Notes: generated by a model from the letters alone, not told the origin. DNA of 64,000 bases from an uncultured Verrucomicrobiae bacterium (GCA_963806855.1 CAWDYW010000001.1:672001-736000), one strand, 5' to 3'; shown: positions 1 to 10,858, counted from the first letter of the stretch. Numbers and translations are program-made.

Positions 1-2414
1 GCCAAATGAGCGATCACGGCAGGGGCTACTTCGAGGGAGATCTCTTTTTCGGCGAGCCGCTTCTTCACATGGTCGAGTTGGATGTGGACGATTTTTTCCA
101 TGTCTTTCTCCTGGAGGGGGAGGAAGGGGAGGATCTCGTCGAGCCGGTTGATGAATTCGGGACGGAAATGGCGTCGTATAGAAGGCTCGACAATCTCAAG
201 CACATCCTCTTTGGTCCAGTCTGCTCCTGTTTTTAGCTCTTCGAGGAGCTGCTCGGAGCCGAGGTTGGAGGTCATGATGAAGAGGGAGTTCTTGCAATTG
301 ACGGTGCGTCCTTTCGTATCGGTAATGCGGCCGTCGTCGAAGATTTGGAGCAGGATATTGAAGACGTCGGGATGCGCTTTTTCCACTTCATCGAGCAGGA
401 CGACCGCATAGGGGCGGCGGCGGAGTGCTTCTGTCAGTTGGCCACCCTCTTCATAGCCGACGTAGCCGGGAGGCGAGCCGATCAGTTTGGAGACGCGTGC
501 TTTTCCATGTATTCAGACATGTCGAGCCGGATGATGGCCTCTTCGTTGTTGAAGAGTTGGTCGGCCAGGGCTTTGGTAAGTTCAGTTTTTCCGACGCCGG
601 TGGGACCGACGAAGAGGAAGACGCCGATGGGCCGTGTGGGGTCGTTGAGGCCACTGCGGGAGCGGCGGATGGCTTCGCTGACGGCGGCGATGGCAAAATG
701 TTGTCCGACGACCCGTTTTTCGAGGGATTCTTCCAGGTGGAGCAGCTTTTCAGCTTCGCCTTCGAGCATTTTTTGGACGGGGATGCCGGTCCACTTCGCG
801 ACGATTTGGGCGATGAGCGCTTCATCGACCTCTTCTTTGAGTAGCCGCCCATTGGTGTCGCCGAGCCGTTTTCTGTGCCTCTTCGATCTCTTTTTGCAAT
901 TGAGGGATTTGGCTATAGCGCAGTTCAGCGACGCGGTTGTAGTTGGCAGCTCGCTCGGCCTCTTCTTCTTGGAAGCGGAGATTCTCGAGCTTTTTTTTAT
1001 CTCTTTGAGCCCTTGCAGCGCTTTTTTTCCTGGTTCCATCGTTCTTTGAGGGTCTTGAGCTCATCTTTGATTGAGGCGATCTCTTGCTTCTAGTTTTTCG
1101 ATTCTTTCTTTTGTGCCGGGTCTTCTCTTTTGAGCGCTTCGTGTTTGACGATCATATAGCTCAGTTCCCGCTCTTTGATGTCGATCGGCAGGGGACGGCA
1201 GCCGAGCTGCATCCGGATCATGCTGGCAGCTTCGTCGATCAGGTCGATCGCTTTATCGGGGAGGAAACGGTCGGCGATGTAGCGGTGGGAGAGGAGGACA
1301 GCGGCTGTATTGCCTCTTCGGTGATCCGGACGCCATGGAAGTTTTCGTATCGCTCACGGAGGCCGCGCAAGATGGCGATCGCATCTTCGATTTTGGGCTC
1401 TTGGATGAGGACCTGTTGGAACCTGCGCTCGAGTGCCGGATCTTTTTCGATGTATTTTTTATATTCGTTGAGGGTAGTGGCGCCGATGCAGTGGAGTGAT
1501 CCGCGAGCGAGGGCCGGTTTGAGCAGGTTAGCCGCATCCATCGCCCCTTCTGAGGCTCCCGCACCCACTAGGGTATGCACTTCGTCGATGAAGAGGATGA
1601 TATTGCCTTCAGCGGCCTCGACCTCTTTGAGGATCCCTTTTAACCGCTCTTCGAATTCGCCACGATATTTGGTTCCGGCGATCAGGCTCCCCATGTCGAG
1701 GGCAAAGAGCTGTTTGCCGATCAGCGATTCGGGGACGTCGCCTTGGATGATCCGGATGGAGAGCCCTTCGGCAATGGCTGTTTTTCCCACCCCTGGATCG
1801 CCGATGAGCAGGGGGTTATTTTTGGTGCGGCGCGAGAGGACCTGCATTGTGCGGCGGATCTCGTCATCCCTGCCGATCACGGGATCGAGTTTCCCATTCT
1901 TGGCCAGCTGGGTTAGGTTTTTGCAATATTTCTCTAGGGCATTGACAGCAGATTCTGATGAGGGGTTATCCATTTTTGTGCCTCCGCGGCTCTTTTTGAT
2001 TTCTTCTTCGAGGTTCTTGAGGGAGATTGAAGAGGGTTTCCATGATTTGAATGGATCGGTTGCTCCTTGCCAAAAGGCGTAGAGGAGGTGATCGGTGCCG
2101 ATATAGGTGTCGTCCCATTTTTTTGCCAGCTCACTGGCCTGGCTGATTTGGCTTTGCAGTTCGGGCGATACAGAGGGTTGGTCTGCGCTACCGACAAAAG
2201 TGGGGAGCGTCTCGAGTTTCTTCTCCAGGGCGGCGATCAGCTCCTGGGAATTGAGATGGTGCTTTTTTGCAAAGGTTTGAAAATAGCCATGGGGATCCTT
2301 GAAAAAGGAGAGGATTAAGTGGCTATCGGTTAGCTGAGTATGCTTTTTTTCTCTGGCAGTCTCAAACGCCTTTTCGATGGCTTGCTCGACTGGTTCTGTA
2401 AATTGTGGAGTCAT
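1..2414 (-). CDS. clpB: ATP-dependent chaperone ClpB; frameshifted into several ORFs (1239..2414, 822..1064, 482..1039) and running off the left edge
   Basis: [13 protein letters not shown], Walker [16 protein letters not shown], coiled-coil middle domain ([15 protein letters not shown]), second [12 protein letters not shown] and [11 protein letters not shown]. Confidence 0.95.
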
Positions 2415-2446
2415 GGCTTACCTCATCCGAGATAAGTATAGCAAAC

Positions 2447-2866
2447 TCACAATTTTTTAGCCTTATCGTGTCGGAAATAGATTCCAATCAATAGAACATT
2501 GAGGATGAGAAAGGTGCAGAGGGAAAGGGCGGGGAAGGTGATCGGGATCGATTTAGAAACTCCAGTGGAGATTGCCTGCAGTGTGCAGGTGGGACAGAAG
2601 CTACTCTTGGAAAAGAAGGCGACCACCGTCAAATGGAAGGTAGCGATCAAGAGGCCAATGAGGGTGATCGGGAGGACATAGAGGATGATCCGATAGGCGT
2701 TGCGGAAGGCGGCGATCCCCAGGATGATCACCAGGGGGAAAATACTCATCCGCTGATACCAGCATAGCGTGCAGGGCTCTTCCTGCTTCACCTGGCTAAA
2801 AAAGAGGGAAAAGACCATTGCAACACAGACGACAAGCCACGGGAGAAAGAGATCGAATTTCTTCAT
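2447..2866 (-). CDS. dsbB: Disulfide bond formation protein, DsbB/BdbC family
   Basis: PCTLCWYQR motif, several hydrophobic segments, second Cys pair CPTC. Confidence 0.85.
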   Translation of the reverse strand: MKKFDLFLPWLVVCVAMVFSLFFSQVKQEEPCTLCWYQRMSIFPLVIILGIAAFRNAYRIILYVLPITLIGLLIATFHLTVVAFFSKSSFCPTCTLQAISTGVSKSIPITFPALSLCTFLILNVLLIGIYFRHDKAKKL

Positions 2867-3330
2867 TTTATCGGTTCCTGAGGTTGAGGAGTTGAAGGAG
2901 TTGAGGGAGTTGAAGGAGCTGGAATTCGGACGCTGGGAACGGTGGGTTCCATTTCTTCGCGCAAGATTTCTCTAGTGTTGACCTCTTTTGCTCGGACGGC
3001 TCGGTCAGAGTAGGGATTGTTAATGAGGATCGGGTAGTCGGGATCGCCGCTATCGCTAAACTCAGGTGGAAATGGGGTGACCCAATAGGCTGCATAGAGC
3101 CGATCATCGGGGGCGATTTCATAGGTGCGATCATCGGAGAAGACTAAATAGGTCCCCTTATTGTAATTGAGCGACAGGTGCAGCGGGTATTGATTGTTGG
3201 GGACATAACCCGGCCGCCTATAGGGCAGTACCTGATCATCGCACCAGGCCCCAGCGATTTGATCCTCTAGGGACATGAGCCCAGTGGTTGTCAACAAACA
3301 TAAAGCAAATAGAATTAAAAAAGTCTTCAC
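2863..3330 (-). CDS. Hypothetical exported protein with C-terminal PST repeats
   Basis: Likely GTG start at 3330 followed by signal-like KTFLILFALCLL; 4-bp overlap with the dsbB start; 9-bp tandem repeat near 2880-2922 encodes PSTPSTPSTP. Confidence 0.65.
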   Translation of the reverse strand: MKTFLILFALCLLTTTGLMSLEDQIAGAWCDDQVLPYRRPGYVPNNQYPLHLSLNYNKGTYLVFSDDRTYEIAPDDRLYAAYWVTPFPPEFSDSGDPDYPILINNPYSDRAVRAKEVNTREILREEMEPTVPSVRIPAPSTPSTPSTPQPQEPIK

Positions 3331-3398
3331 GGCTAGTTCCCTTTCTCTCTTTCTAGATGAGACTGTCTTTTTTTTCAAAAAGTAATTACTTTAAATAT

Positions 3399-3884
3399 AT
3401 GAAGAAGGAAAAAGCCATTTTTGCTGCCGGCTGCTTTTGGGGTGTCGAGCATCTGTTAAAAGATCTGCCAGGCGTGATATCGACGACCGTCGGCTATAGC
3501 GGCGGCACTGTCGAAAATCCGACCTACGAAGAAGTTTGCACCGGGAGAACCGGCCATGCCGAGGCGGTCGAGATCCTGTTCGATCCCGAGCAGATCTCCT
3601 ATGAAGAGCTCGCCAAGGTCTTTTTCGAGTTACACGATCCGACACAAAGAGATCGCCAAGGCCCTGACCGCGGAACGCAATACCGCTCGGCCGTTTTCTA
3701 TCTCTCTGAGGAGCAACGGGAAGTCGCAGAAAAGTTGATCGACATTCTCAAGAAGCGGGGCCTAAAGGTGGCGACCGAAGTGACGCCAGCCGGGCCCTTT
3801 TATGCTGCCGAAGACTACCACCAAGATTATTACGATAAGACCGGTGGCCAGCCCTATTGCCATGTACGGGTGAAGCGATTTTAA
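3399..3884 (+). CDS. msrA: Peptide methionine sulfoxide reductase A
   Basis: [27 protein letters not shown] and AEDYHQDY motifs. Confidence 0.96.
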   Translation: MKKEKAIFAAGCFWGVEHLLKDLPGVISTTVGYSGGTVENPTYEEVCTGRTGHAEAVEILFDPEQISYEELAKVFFELHDPTQRDRQGPDRGTQYRSAVFYLSEEQREVAEKLIDILKKRGLKVATEVTPAGPFYAAEDYHQDYYDKTGGQPYCHVRVKRF

Positions 3885-3914
3885 CATTCTAAAAAACAGA
3901 AGCTTATGAATATC

Positions 3915-3980
3915 TGCGGAGAATAATTTTTCTAATCTCCGCATTTTTGCGGAGATTAGCCTTGCTTTTGCGGAGATTAG
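3915..3980. promoter_or_regulatory. Four TGCGGAGA(T/A)TA boxes (one inverted pair plus direct copies); candidate operator of the Fic gene
   Basis: Copies at 3915-3926, 3932-3943 (reverse), 3948-3959 and 3969-3980, immediately upstream of the Fic ATG. Confidence 0.6.
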
Positions 3981-4009
3981 ATGCTAGATTAGAGAGGTAG
4001 AGGCAAAAT

Positions 4010-5113
4010 ATGTATATTTATGAACAGCAGGATTGGCCCAATTTTTACTGGGATCATGAGAAAGTCTCCCCCTTGCTCATTCAATTACGTCATCTGCAAG
4101 GTAAGTTAATTGGCGGGATGGAGTCGATTGGGTTCCATACTCGAGATGAAGCTGTATTAGAGGCGCTCACGCAAGATGTTATTAAATCGAGTGAAATCGA
4201 AGGTGAAATTTTGGACCCATCTTCAGTTAGATCCTCTGTAGCTCGCCACCTTGGAATGGATATTGGAGCCCTCCCCAAAACCGATCGAAATGTTGAAGGC
4301 GTTGTTGAAATGATCCTCGATGCCACTCAAAAATATGATCTCCCTCTCACTAAAAATCGATTATTTAAGTGGCACCAATCTCTGTTTCCCAATGGAAGAA
4401 GTGGTTTTTCAAAGATCCTAGTAGGCGCCTGGCGAGCTGGACCAGTCGATGTGATCTCTGGTTTCATGGGTAAGGCAACGGTTCATTTTGAAGCTCCTCC
4501 AGCAGAAAGAGTCGATCATGAGATAGGTCTTTTTTTAGAGTGGATAAACAATACTATACCTATTGATCCTGTTTTAAAAGCGGCGATTGCACATCTTTGG
4601 TTTGTCACAATTCATCCTTTTGAAGATGGCAACGGACGGATTGCAAGAGCGATCGGCGATTTAATGCTCGCTCGTTCAGAAAATAGCTCGCGTCGATTTT
4701 ATAGCCTCTCAGCTCAAATTCAGAATGAGCGAAAGTCCTATTATGCAATTTTAGAGCAAACTCAAAAAGATCTTCTAGATATTACACCTTGGATAGATTG
4801 GTTTATGAATTGTCTCAGAAGAGCAATAGAACAGGCATTGGCAACTCTTGATAAGGTTCTAATTAAGAAGCAATTTTGGGAATCTATTTCAGAAATTTCA
4901 TTAAATGAGCGCCAACGAAAAATAATTACCCGAATGCTGGATGACTTTCAGGGCAAGCTTACGACTTCTAAGTGGGCCAAAATGGTAAAATGTTCTCAAG
5001 ATACTGCCCATCGCGATATTCTAGATCTTATCCATAAGGGAATTCTCCAAAAAAATGAAGAGGGTGGCCGAAGCACAAGCTATTCTCTTAAGACTCGGGA
5101 CAGAGCGTCCTGA
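4010..5113 (+). CDS. Fic family protein (DUF4172-type N-terminus, Fic domain, C-terminal HTH)
   Basis: YIYEQQDWPNFYW N-terminus, KSSEIEGE inhibitory-type motif, HPFEDGNGRIAR catalytic motif, SQDTAHRDI...GGRSTSY HTH. Confidence 0.92.
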   Translation: MYIYEQQDWPNFYWDHEKVSPLLIQLRHLQGKLIGGMESIGFHTRDEAVLEALTQDVIKSSEIEGEILDPSSVRSSVARHLGMDIGALPKTDRNVEGVVEMILDATQKYDLPLTKNRLFKWHQSLFPNGRSGFSKILVGAWRAGPVDVISGFMGKATVHFEAPPAERVDHEIGLFLEWINNTIPIDPVLKAAIAHLWFVTIHPFEDGNGRIARAIGDLMLARSENSSRRFYSLSAQIQNERKSYYAILEQTQKDLLDITPWIDWFMNCLRRAIEQALATLDKVLIKKQFWESISEISLNERQRKIITRMLDDFQGKLTTSKWAKMVKCSQDTAHRDILDLIHKGILQKNEEGGRSTSYSLKTRDRAS

Positions 5114-6599
5114 GCTTATTGCGGAGCGAACGAAGTGCCGTCGGCTTGTGATCTCTCTGCTCGGTCAAGATTTCAGCTTGTTTCAGATATTCCCAAGACT
5201 TGTTGTAGTCGTGCCGCTCGGCAGAGACGATCGAGAGGTAGTATTCAGCGGTGGGGTCGGTTTGGTCGATCTCATGATATTTCTGCAGGATCTCGCCCGC
5301 TTCTCCGGTTCTTCCTAATTGCAAATAGGTGGTCGCAAGCTGCATGAGCCCGCCGCGGAATTTTGGATAATCTTTGAGGAAGCCTCTCAGCTCCTCTTGC
5401 TTCTTGAGGATCGATTCGCGCGTCTCGTCGACGGGCATGAAGATCGCTTGGATCCCTGCGGCGCTGGTCTTTTTGGCAAAATAATCGGAGATGAGGGTCT
5501 CGGGAGCGACAGCGTAATCGAATGTGTAATCGACAAGAGGTTTGAGCAATTTTTCCCCTTCGGCTTTCCTGCCGACGAAGAGGTAGTTGAGGCCGAGGAA
5601 CATGCTGATCAGGGGGTCATTGTCGAGGTAGGGGAGAGCTTTTTCATAGAGCTTGATGCAAGTCTCAGCCTCACCCTTCTGCCAGTAGACGGCTGCTTGG
5701 TTGGCAAAGGCCAGCGCGATCACCTCTTTGATGGTCCGCTCTTGCAATTTGCGGGTGTTGAGGCCGAGGTAGACTTCGCTGGGGGTGTTGATTCCGCGGG
5801 CGGTGGTCTCGATGTTGATGATGTTGTCCCCATCGCGGTAGCGGACGTAGATGTGGCCAGGAGGGGTGATCACTTCAAGGGGCAGATCGAGCCGCTGCGC
5901 CAGGCAGAGGTAGAGGATCGAAACACCCAAGCAGACCCCGTGACGGCTATCGAGGACCGAAGGGAGGAAGGTGTAGAGGTCGATGTCTTTGGCATAGAGG
6001 GAATGGGGCGGGAACCGGAATTGCATCTCTTGGAAGATATACCGGTTGATCTCTTTGATTTTTTCTAGATCGGTTGGCTCTTTAGAGAGGCGAGCGGCAA
6101 TTTGGAGAGCCATGAGATCGAGGCTCGCTTCGTATTGCAGGATGTCATCGCGGAAGGTGGCCGAGCCATCAAACTGTTCGATGAGGAGGCCGCGGGTCAA
6201 ATCGACCTCTTCGAAGGGCAGAGCGATCACCTCTTCTTTGGTCCACACCTCAGATCCCTTCAATTTGCGGTTGGCGAAGTGGCTGCAGAGCGCATGGATG
6301 GCGCTGAGCTGCTCGGCAGAGAGCTTCACCGGAGGATCGAAGGGTTGCCGGGTGACGAGCGAAACGACCGCTTGGATGTCAAACTTGGGAAGGAGAAATT
6401 GGGGTAGTTTGTTGTTGTTAGGGTTCTGCCGGAGCAGGTGCCAGATGTGTGTCAGCGCTTTTTTCCCCTCTGTAGTCTCGGGATAGAGCTCGTAGAAGGC
6501 CATGTACTGCGACAGCGACTTGGGATCTAGGCTGCTATACAGACTTTTAATCGATGGGTCGGAGGCGAGGAGGGTGGCGGCGATTAGGAGGGGAATCAT
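5088..6599 (-). CDS. Transglutaminase-like (SirB1-type)/TPR protein with signal peptide
   Basis: VLDSRHGVCLGVSILY...PGHIYVRY...NIETT motif followed by TPR-like helices; follows malQ with a 4-bp overlap. Confidence 0.75.
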   Translation of the reverse strand: MIPLLIAATLLASDPSIKSLYSSLDPKSLSQYMAFYELYPETTEGKKALTHIWHLLRQNPNNNKLPQFLLPKFDIQAVVSLVTRQPFDPPVKLSAEQLSAIHALCSHFANRKLKGSEVWTKEEVIALPFEEVDLTRGLLIEQFDGSATFRDDILQYEASLDLMALQIAARLSKEPTDLEKIKEINRYIFQEMQFRFPPHSLYAKDIDLYTFLPSVLDSRHGVCLGVSILYLCLAQRLDLPLEVITPPGHIYVRYRDGDNIINIETTARGINTPSEVYLGLNTRKLQERTIKEVIALAFANQAAVYWQKGEAETCIKLYEKALPYLDNDPLISMFLGLNYLFVGRKAEGEKLLKPLVDYTFDYAVAPETLISDYFAKKTSAAGIQAIFMPVDETRESILKKQEELRGFLKDYPKFRGGLMQLATTYLQLGRTGEAGEILQKYHEIDQTDPTAEYYLSIVSAERHDYNKSWEYLKQAEILTEQRDHKPTALRSLRNKLRTLCPES

Positions 6600-8155
6600 A
6601 CTAATAAATTGCGCATCTCCTCTGCAAGCGGTTCGTGGGATAGGATCTCTTCGACACTTGGGCGGATCCGATAGGTCCAGTTGGTGGGAGAGACGATGCC
6701 TGGGACATTGATCCGCTCATCTTGGGGATCTTCAGCGACGAGTTCGGGGAAGAGAGCCAGGTATTCGCCGATCAGGTTGATGTGGAAGAGGCTAGCGCTG
6801 TGGTGGCTGTCCCATAGGATTTCGCGCCGCTGCGCTTTCGTCAGATGGGGCGTATATTGCCATCCTTTGTAATGGGCGAAGCTGCGGGCCTCTTCAGTGC
6901 TACCCTGCCACCAGAGGGTGAGGGTCTCAGAATCGTGTGTCGATACGGTCGTCATGCTAATCGGATTATAATGGAGGGGGTCGATAAATTGCTCCCCTAT
7001 TTTCTCCCAGCGCATCACTTTAGTCCCGCAGATGCCCATGCGCGAGAGCTCCGTCCGGACAGAAGTGGGAACAGTTCCCAGATCTTCGGCTATCGGGAGC
7101 ATCGGGCTGTGATCGACCAGGATCGTCAAGATCTCGGTGCCGTGGGAGAGCCAATTTTCCTCCTTTTCAGGGATGAATTTTCCATTCTTGCTCGGCTCTC
7201 CATTGGGGATCGCCCAGATCCTAAAGAAGCCGAGGACATGGTCGATCCGATAGATGTTGTAAAAATGGGCCGCATAGCTAAGGCGGGTCCGCCACCAGCC
7301 ATAATTTTGCCCTTTGACCACATCCCAGTTGAAGATCGGCAGCCCCCAAGCTTGCCCCTCCTCACTGTAGGCGTCGGGAGGCGCGCCGGCTGAAAGGGTG
7401 AGATCAAAGGCGTCAGAATATCTCCAAACATCGGCGCTGTCGGGGCTGATCAAAATGGGGATATCCCCTTTGAGAAAAACCTTTTTTTCTTTGGCGTAGG
7501 CCTTGACCTCTGTCAATTGCTTAAAGCAGAGATATTGCAAAAAGATGTAGTAGTTCATCTCTGCAGCATATTTTTGGCAGAGCTCTTCAAAGGCATCGTG
7601 TTTGAGATATTGCAACTCGAGCGGCCAGGTTTGCCAATGGTTTTTCGACATCAACCTTTTCAGCACCTTGAAAAGGGCATACGAGTCGACCCACTTGTTG
7701 TCTTTCCGATAGAGCTCAAACTCCTTTTCACTCAGAATTTTCTCGCCCATTTTGTCGAAATAGGTGCGTAAGAAGAGGAATTTGTGGCTCTGGACATCGT
7801 GATAGGGAACCCGTGGCAGTTCATTGAATTTTCGCAGCTCCGCCAGCTCCGCTTCCTCGACACCTTCGAGTTTGTGGAGCGACAAAAAGAGGGGATTGAG
7901 GGCCATTGCCGACTGAGCGAAGAACGGACTCGTCTCATCGCCCGTATCATTCAAAGGGAGCAGCTGAATCACATCGAAGCCGATCTTAGCAACCCAATCG
8001 ATCAGGGGAATCAGATCGTAAAACTCGCCGATGCCGCAGCTCTGTTTCGTATGGAGCGCTGAGAGGGGAAGATCGATGCCATGATGGTGCCGAATCCCAA
8101 TATGGGACCACTGAGGGCCAACAATTGAGCGGGAGAGTTTATCGCTTAAGTCCAA
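6596..8155 (-). CDS. malQ: 4-alpha-glucanotransferase (amylomaltase, GH77); start codon uncertain, TTG at 8155 chosen
   Basis: GIGEF, QLLPLN, GDIPI, GAPPD, YRIDHVLGFFRIW, AEDLG, STHD and RINVPG motifs; GGAGG lies 8 nt before the TTG. Confidence 0.95.
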   Translation of the reverse strand: MDLSDKLSRSIVGPQWSHIGIRHHHGIDLPLSALHTKQSCGIGEFYDLIPLIDWVAKIGFDVIQLLPLNDTGDETSPFFAQSAMALNPLFLSLHKLEGVEEAELAELRKFNELPRVPYHDVQSHKFLFLRTYFDKMGEKILSEKEFELYRKDNKWVDSYALFKVLKRLMSKNHWQTWPLELQYLKHDAFEELCQKYAAEMNYYIFLQYLCFKQLTEVKAYAKEKKVFLKGDIPILISPDSADVWRYSDAFDLTLSAGAPPDAYSEEGQAWGLPIFNWDVVKGQNYGWWRTRLSYAAHFYNIYRIDHVLGFFRIWAIPNGEPSKNGKFIPEKEENWLSHGTEILTILVDHSPMLPIAEDLGTVPTSVRTELSRMGICGTKVMRWEKIGEQFIDPLHYNPISMTTVSTHDSETLTLWWQGSTEEARSFAHYKGWQYTPHLTKAQRREILWDSHHSASLFHINLIGEYLALFPELVAEDPQDERINVPGIVSPTNWTYRIRPSVEEILSHEPLAEEMRNLLV

Positions 8156-8576
8156 ACATTCCACCTCCGCTTTCTTTTTCAGCAACAGTTGGGAGCGGTT
8201 TTCCATTTTCGACTGCATCTTTCCATAAATGCCCCTTTTCGATGAATTTTTCCAGCGTTTGGACAGTCAGATTTTTAGCCGAAACATATTCAAAAAGGGT
8301 CAATTTGTTGTTCCGCTCCGAAAAGGCCAAAGTTCCCATCCGCGGATATTCGTTATTGCTGATCAAAGCGGTCCGGAGCAATTGCTCCCGGTACTTGCCC
8401 GGAGGGACATCGCATAAAAATGAGGCGATCAAGATCTGCTCTTTTGGCTCATCATATTGGAGCTGAATATGGAGTTCATCTTGGTAGTTGATTTGACAAA
8501 TCCGATTGGCATCAGGATAGAGATCGACCCCGATTTCTCGACCTAAATCAAAGAGAACTTGTGCAAACAGATCCAC
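8139..8576 (-). CDS. scc1: Type III secretion chaperone Scc1 (SycE/CesT family)
   Basis: 145-aa acidic protein with a PPGKYRE motif, located between copN and malQ as in chlamydiae. Confidence 0.85.
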   Translation of the reverse strand: MDLFAQVLFDLGREIGVDLYPDANRICQINYQDELHIQLQYDEPKEQILIASFLCDVPPGKYREQLLRTALISNNEYPRMGTLAFSERNNKLTLFEYVSAKNLTVQTLEKFIEKGHLWKDAVENGKPLPTVAEKESGGGMFGLKR

Positions 8577-9730
8577 TATTTTTCCTCTTCCTCTTCTTCT
8601 TCTTTCTCTTCCAATTGATCTTCGAGCTCTTCCATCGCTTCGATATAGGACATCAACACATCGTGCCGATGCTGATCGGTACGAAACAGCTTAGGAGCGA
8701 CCCCCCGCACTGCATCGCGCATTTGAGTCAAAATGATGATCTGCGCCATCACCTCTGACGAAAGGCCCATTTTTTGCATCAGCTGAAAAGTCTTATCCAT
8801 CGAAGGATACCGCTCGAGCAGAAATTGGACAAACATCCGTGCCAAAAGCTCAAATGAGAGCCTCGGAGGCAGCAGCATACCCGCCCGTTGGAAAGAGGCC
8901 TCGACCAGACCCATTCTTCCTTTGAAAAAGCGGTAGACCCCGAGAATCGCCAGCAAATTGCGCGCTTCTGTCATCAAATTGTGGAGCTCGCCTGGGGCAA
9001 TCGACGGCCCCTTCGACTTGAGATCGGCCCCCAGAGAGTGGAGAAAAAAATCGATCGCTTTCTGCATTTTGTCGAAAGTGAATTTCTCATTCATCTCTTG
9101 GAACAGAGTCGACGCGCTTCTAGGATTGCCGGTGATATCCCGATACAGATCGCGAAGGCCCGTCGGCGAGCCAAGTCCCTCTCTCGAGAATTCCCGCGCC
9201 TGCGCCCCAATGTTGCGCCCCGCCCGAACCTCTCTCCCATAAGTCTCGTTGAGATTGGTTTTCGCTTCCCGAATCTTGGCCAGCGCCTCGCCCTTGTAGA
9301 CCCTCTCCAAATACTCGAACGCCTCATCGGCCAGCGAGTGGTCCGGGAAGAGCTGCATCGTCTTGCGCAAGATCTCTTCCGCCGTATCTTTGCCCTTAAT
9401 TTGCCCAAGAAGCAGTTGAAGCGACCTAGCTTGCAGCTCCGGGTTCCGCTCTTCATACTCTTCCGAGATAGCCTGAACCTCTTCCACTTCGGGGACCATC
9501 TGCTCTTCTTCTGACTTTTCGACCGCTTTCTTCCGCATCTTATTCTCGAGCGACTCAAAGCGACGGGTCATCGTCACGGGATTGAAAGCGGCTTCATCGG
9601 CAAATTCGGTCATCGAAATCGAGCTGGCCTCCTGCGCAATCGCGATCTTGCGCGCGTCCGACTGCTCTTGCTTCTGAATCCGAGCGCTGTCGGTAGGCTC
9701 AATGGGGGATGTGCTGAAAGAGTCTGACAT
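8576..9730 (-). CDS. copN: Type III secretion gatekeeper CopN (SctW/LcrE)
   Basis: NPEL, DHSLADEA, GRNI, LRDLYRDIT and ADLKSKGPSI motifs; position in the T3SS locus. Confidence 0.9.
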   Translation of the reverse strand: MSDSFSTSPIEPTDSARIQKQEQSDARKIAIAQEASSISMTEFADEAAFNPVTMTRRFESLENKMRKKAVEKSEEEQMVPEVEEVQAISEEYEERNPELQARSLQLLLGQIKGKDTAEEILRKTMQLFPDHSLADEAFEYLERVYKGEALAKIREAKTNLNETYGREVRAGRNIGAQAREFSREGLGSPTGLRDLYRDITGNPRSASTLFQEMNEKFTFDKMQKAIDFFLHSLGADLKSKGPSIAPGELHNLMTEARNLLAILGVYRFFKGRMGLVEASFQRAGMLLPPRLSFELLARMFVQFLLERYPSMDKTFQLMQKMGLSSEVMAQIIILTQMRDAVRGVAPKLFRTDQHRHDVLMSYIEAMEELEDQLEEKEEEEEEEK

Positions 9731-9764
9731 ATTCCCCCTGTTTTACTGAAGAGGGAGGTTTAGG

Positions 9765-10685
9765 TCAACCTGTATAGAGTGCAATACCACATGCAACCAA
9801 CGAGCACGCTAACAAATAAAATGTAATATTAAATGTAATATTAATTATCCTGAGTGGTGCATTTAGTACATGATTAATAGTGTCTACAGTACCTTCCTCG
9901 CGTAGTTTATCGAAAATATTTAAATAGGTAACATAGAGAGGTCTTACATCTTCAAAAGTTGCAGAAATAATTTGTTCAAATTCTCGGAGGGTTTGATCAA
10001 AATCTAAGCCAGCTTCAGGTTCAAGTTTGGCTAATTCAAATCTTATTAAGCTTCTGAGATTCTCTTCTAGTTGAAGTGGTATTTCTCCTCGGCGACCTAG
10101 GAGAGACAATACTGCATTTTCAATAACTGGGCTTGAAATTTGTTTTTTGTCTTGTTTTTTTGATAACTCTGTAACCAATTCTGCAAGAGCACCGACAGGA
10201 TTGAAATTAGGGTCGTGTCTATTGTCACCCATTGATTTCGCCACAGTTGCAAGAATCGATGCAAATATCTTGTTGAATTTAATATAGTAATTTCTGTGTT
10301 TGCTGTCCAAAATCTTATGCCAGGGCTTGCCAAGAAAAGCCTCTCTTGCTGGAGTTTCGGGCAATGCGAGTAATGTGTTAAGGAGCTCTTCTGGTGAGGT
10401 GGCAAGCGCTTTTGCAAGTGAAGCCTCGACATTTTTATCCAAAGCCTGATAGACAGTACGATTCTCCGGCTGGGGGGCTTGTATCATAGCCATCCTCTTG
10501 AGCAAATCCCTAGCAACTTCAGATATTCTAGCGATCGCACCTGGTAGATTATATCCTTTGACAAGTTGATTACATTTTTTATTCGCACATGCAAATGCTT
10601 TTAAACTTTTATCGTCTAGGTTGTCAAACATCAGATTATAGATGCCTTGTTGATTGGTGAAATTTTCTAGCATTAATCCGCTCAT
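9765..10685 (-). CDS. F-box-like candidate effector with a C-terminal hydrophobic anchor
   Basis: N-terminal IYNLMFDNLDDKSLKAFACANKKCNQLV resembles an F-box; hydrophobic C-terminus; AT-rich gene. Confidence 0.6.
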   Translation of the reverse strand: MSGLMLENFTNQQGIYNLMFDNLDDKSLKAFACANKKCNQLVKGYNLPGAIARISEVARDLLKRMAMIQAPQPENRTVYQALDKNVEASLAKALATSPEELLNTLLALPETPAREAFLGKPWHKILDSKHRNYYIKFNKIFASILATVAKSMGDNRHDPNFNPVGALAELVTELSKKQDKKQISSPVIENAVLSLLGRRGEIPLQLEENLRSLIRFELAKLEPEAGLDFDQTLREFEQIISATFEDVRPLYVTYLNIFDKLREEGTVDTINHVLNAPLRIINITFNITFYLLACSLVACGIALYTG

Positions 10686-10799
10686 AATATCCTCATTTTA
10701 GTTATTTTATTAAAAAATCAATGTTTATATTAAAATTTTATATTATTCATATATTAATGTCAACAATTTCTTATATCCTTTAAAATAAGCGGTTTGCAG

Positions 10800-10858
10800 A
10801 AACCGTGCAATGGCAGCGCACGGTTTGTTGCAAAACCATGCATTGACAACGCATGGCT
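10800..10858. promoter_or_regulatory. 27-bp palindrome AAACCGTGC-N9-GCACGGTTT plus a degenerate second copy
   Basis: Inverted repeat at 10800-10826, identical to 14136-14162. Confidence 0.65.

Noticed and set aside
345..2082. Long plus-strand ORFs opposite clpB, and similar antisense ORFs elsewhere
   Set aside because: Shadow frames of well-identified genes on the other strand.
2880..2922. 9-bp tandem repeat as a contingency locus
   Set aside because: In-frame PST linker repeat; a length change would not switch phase.
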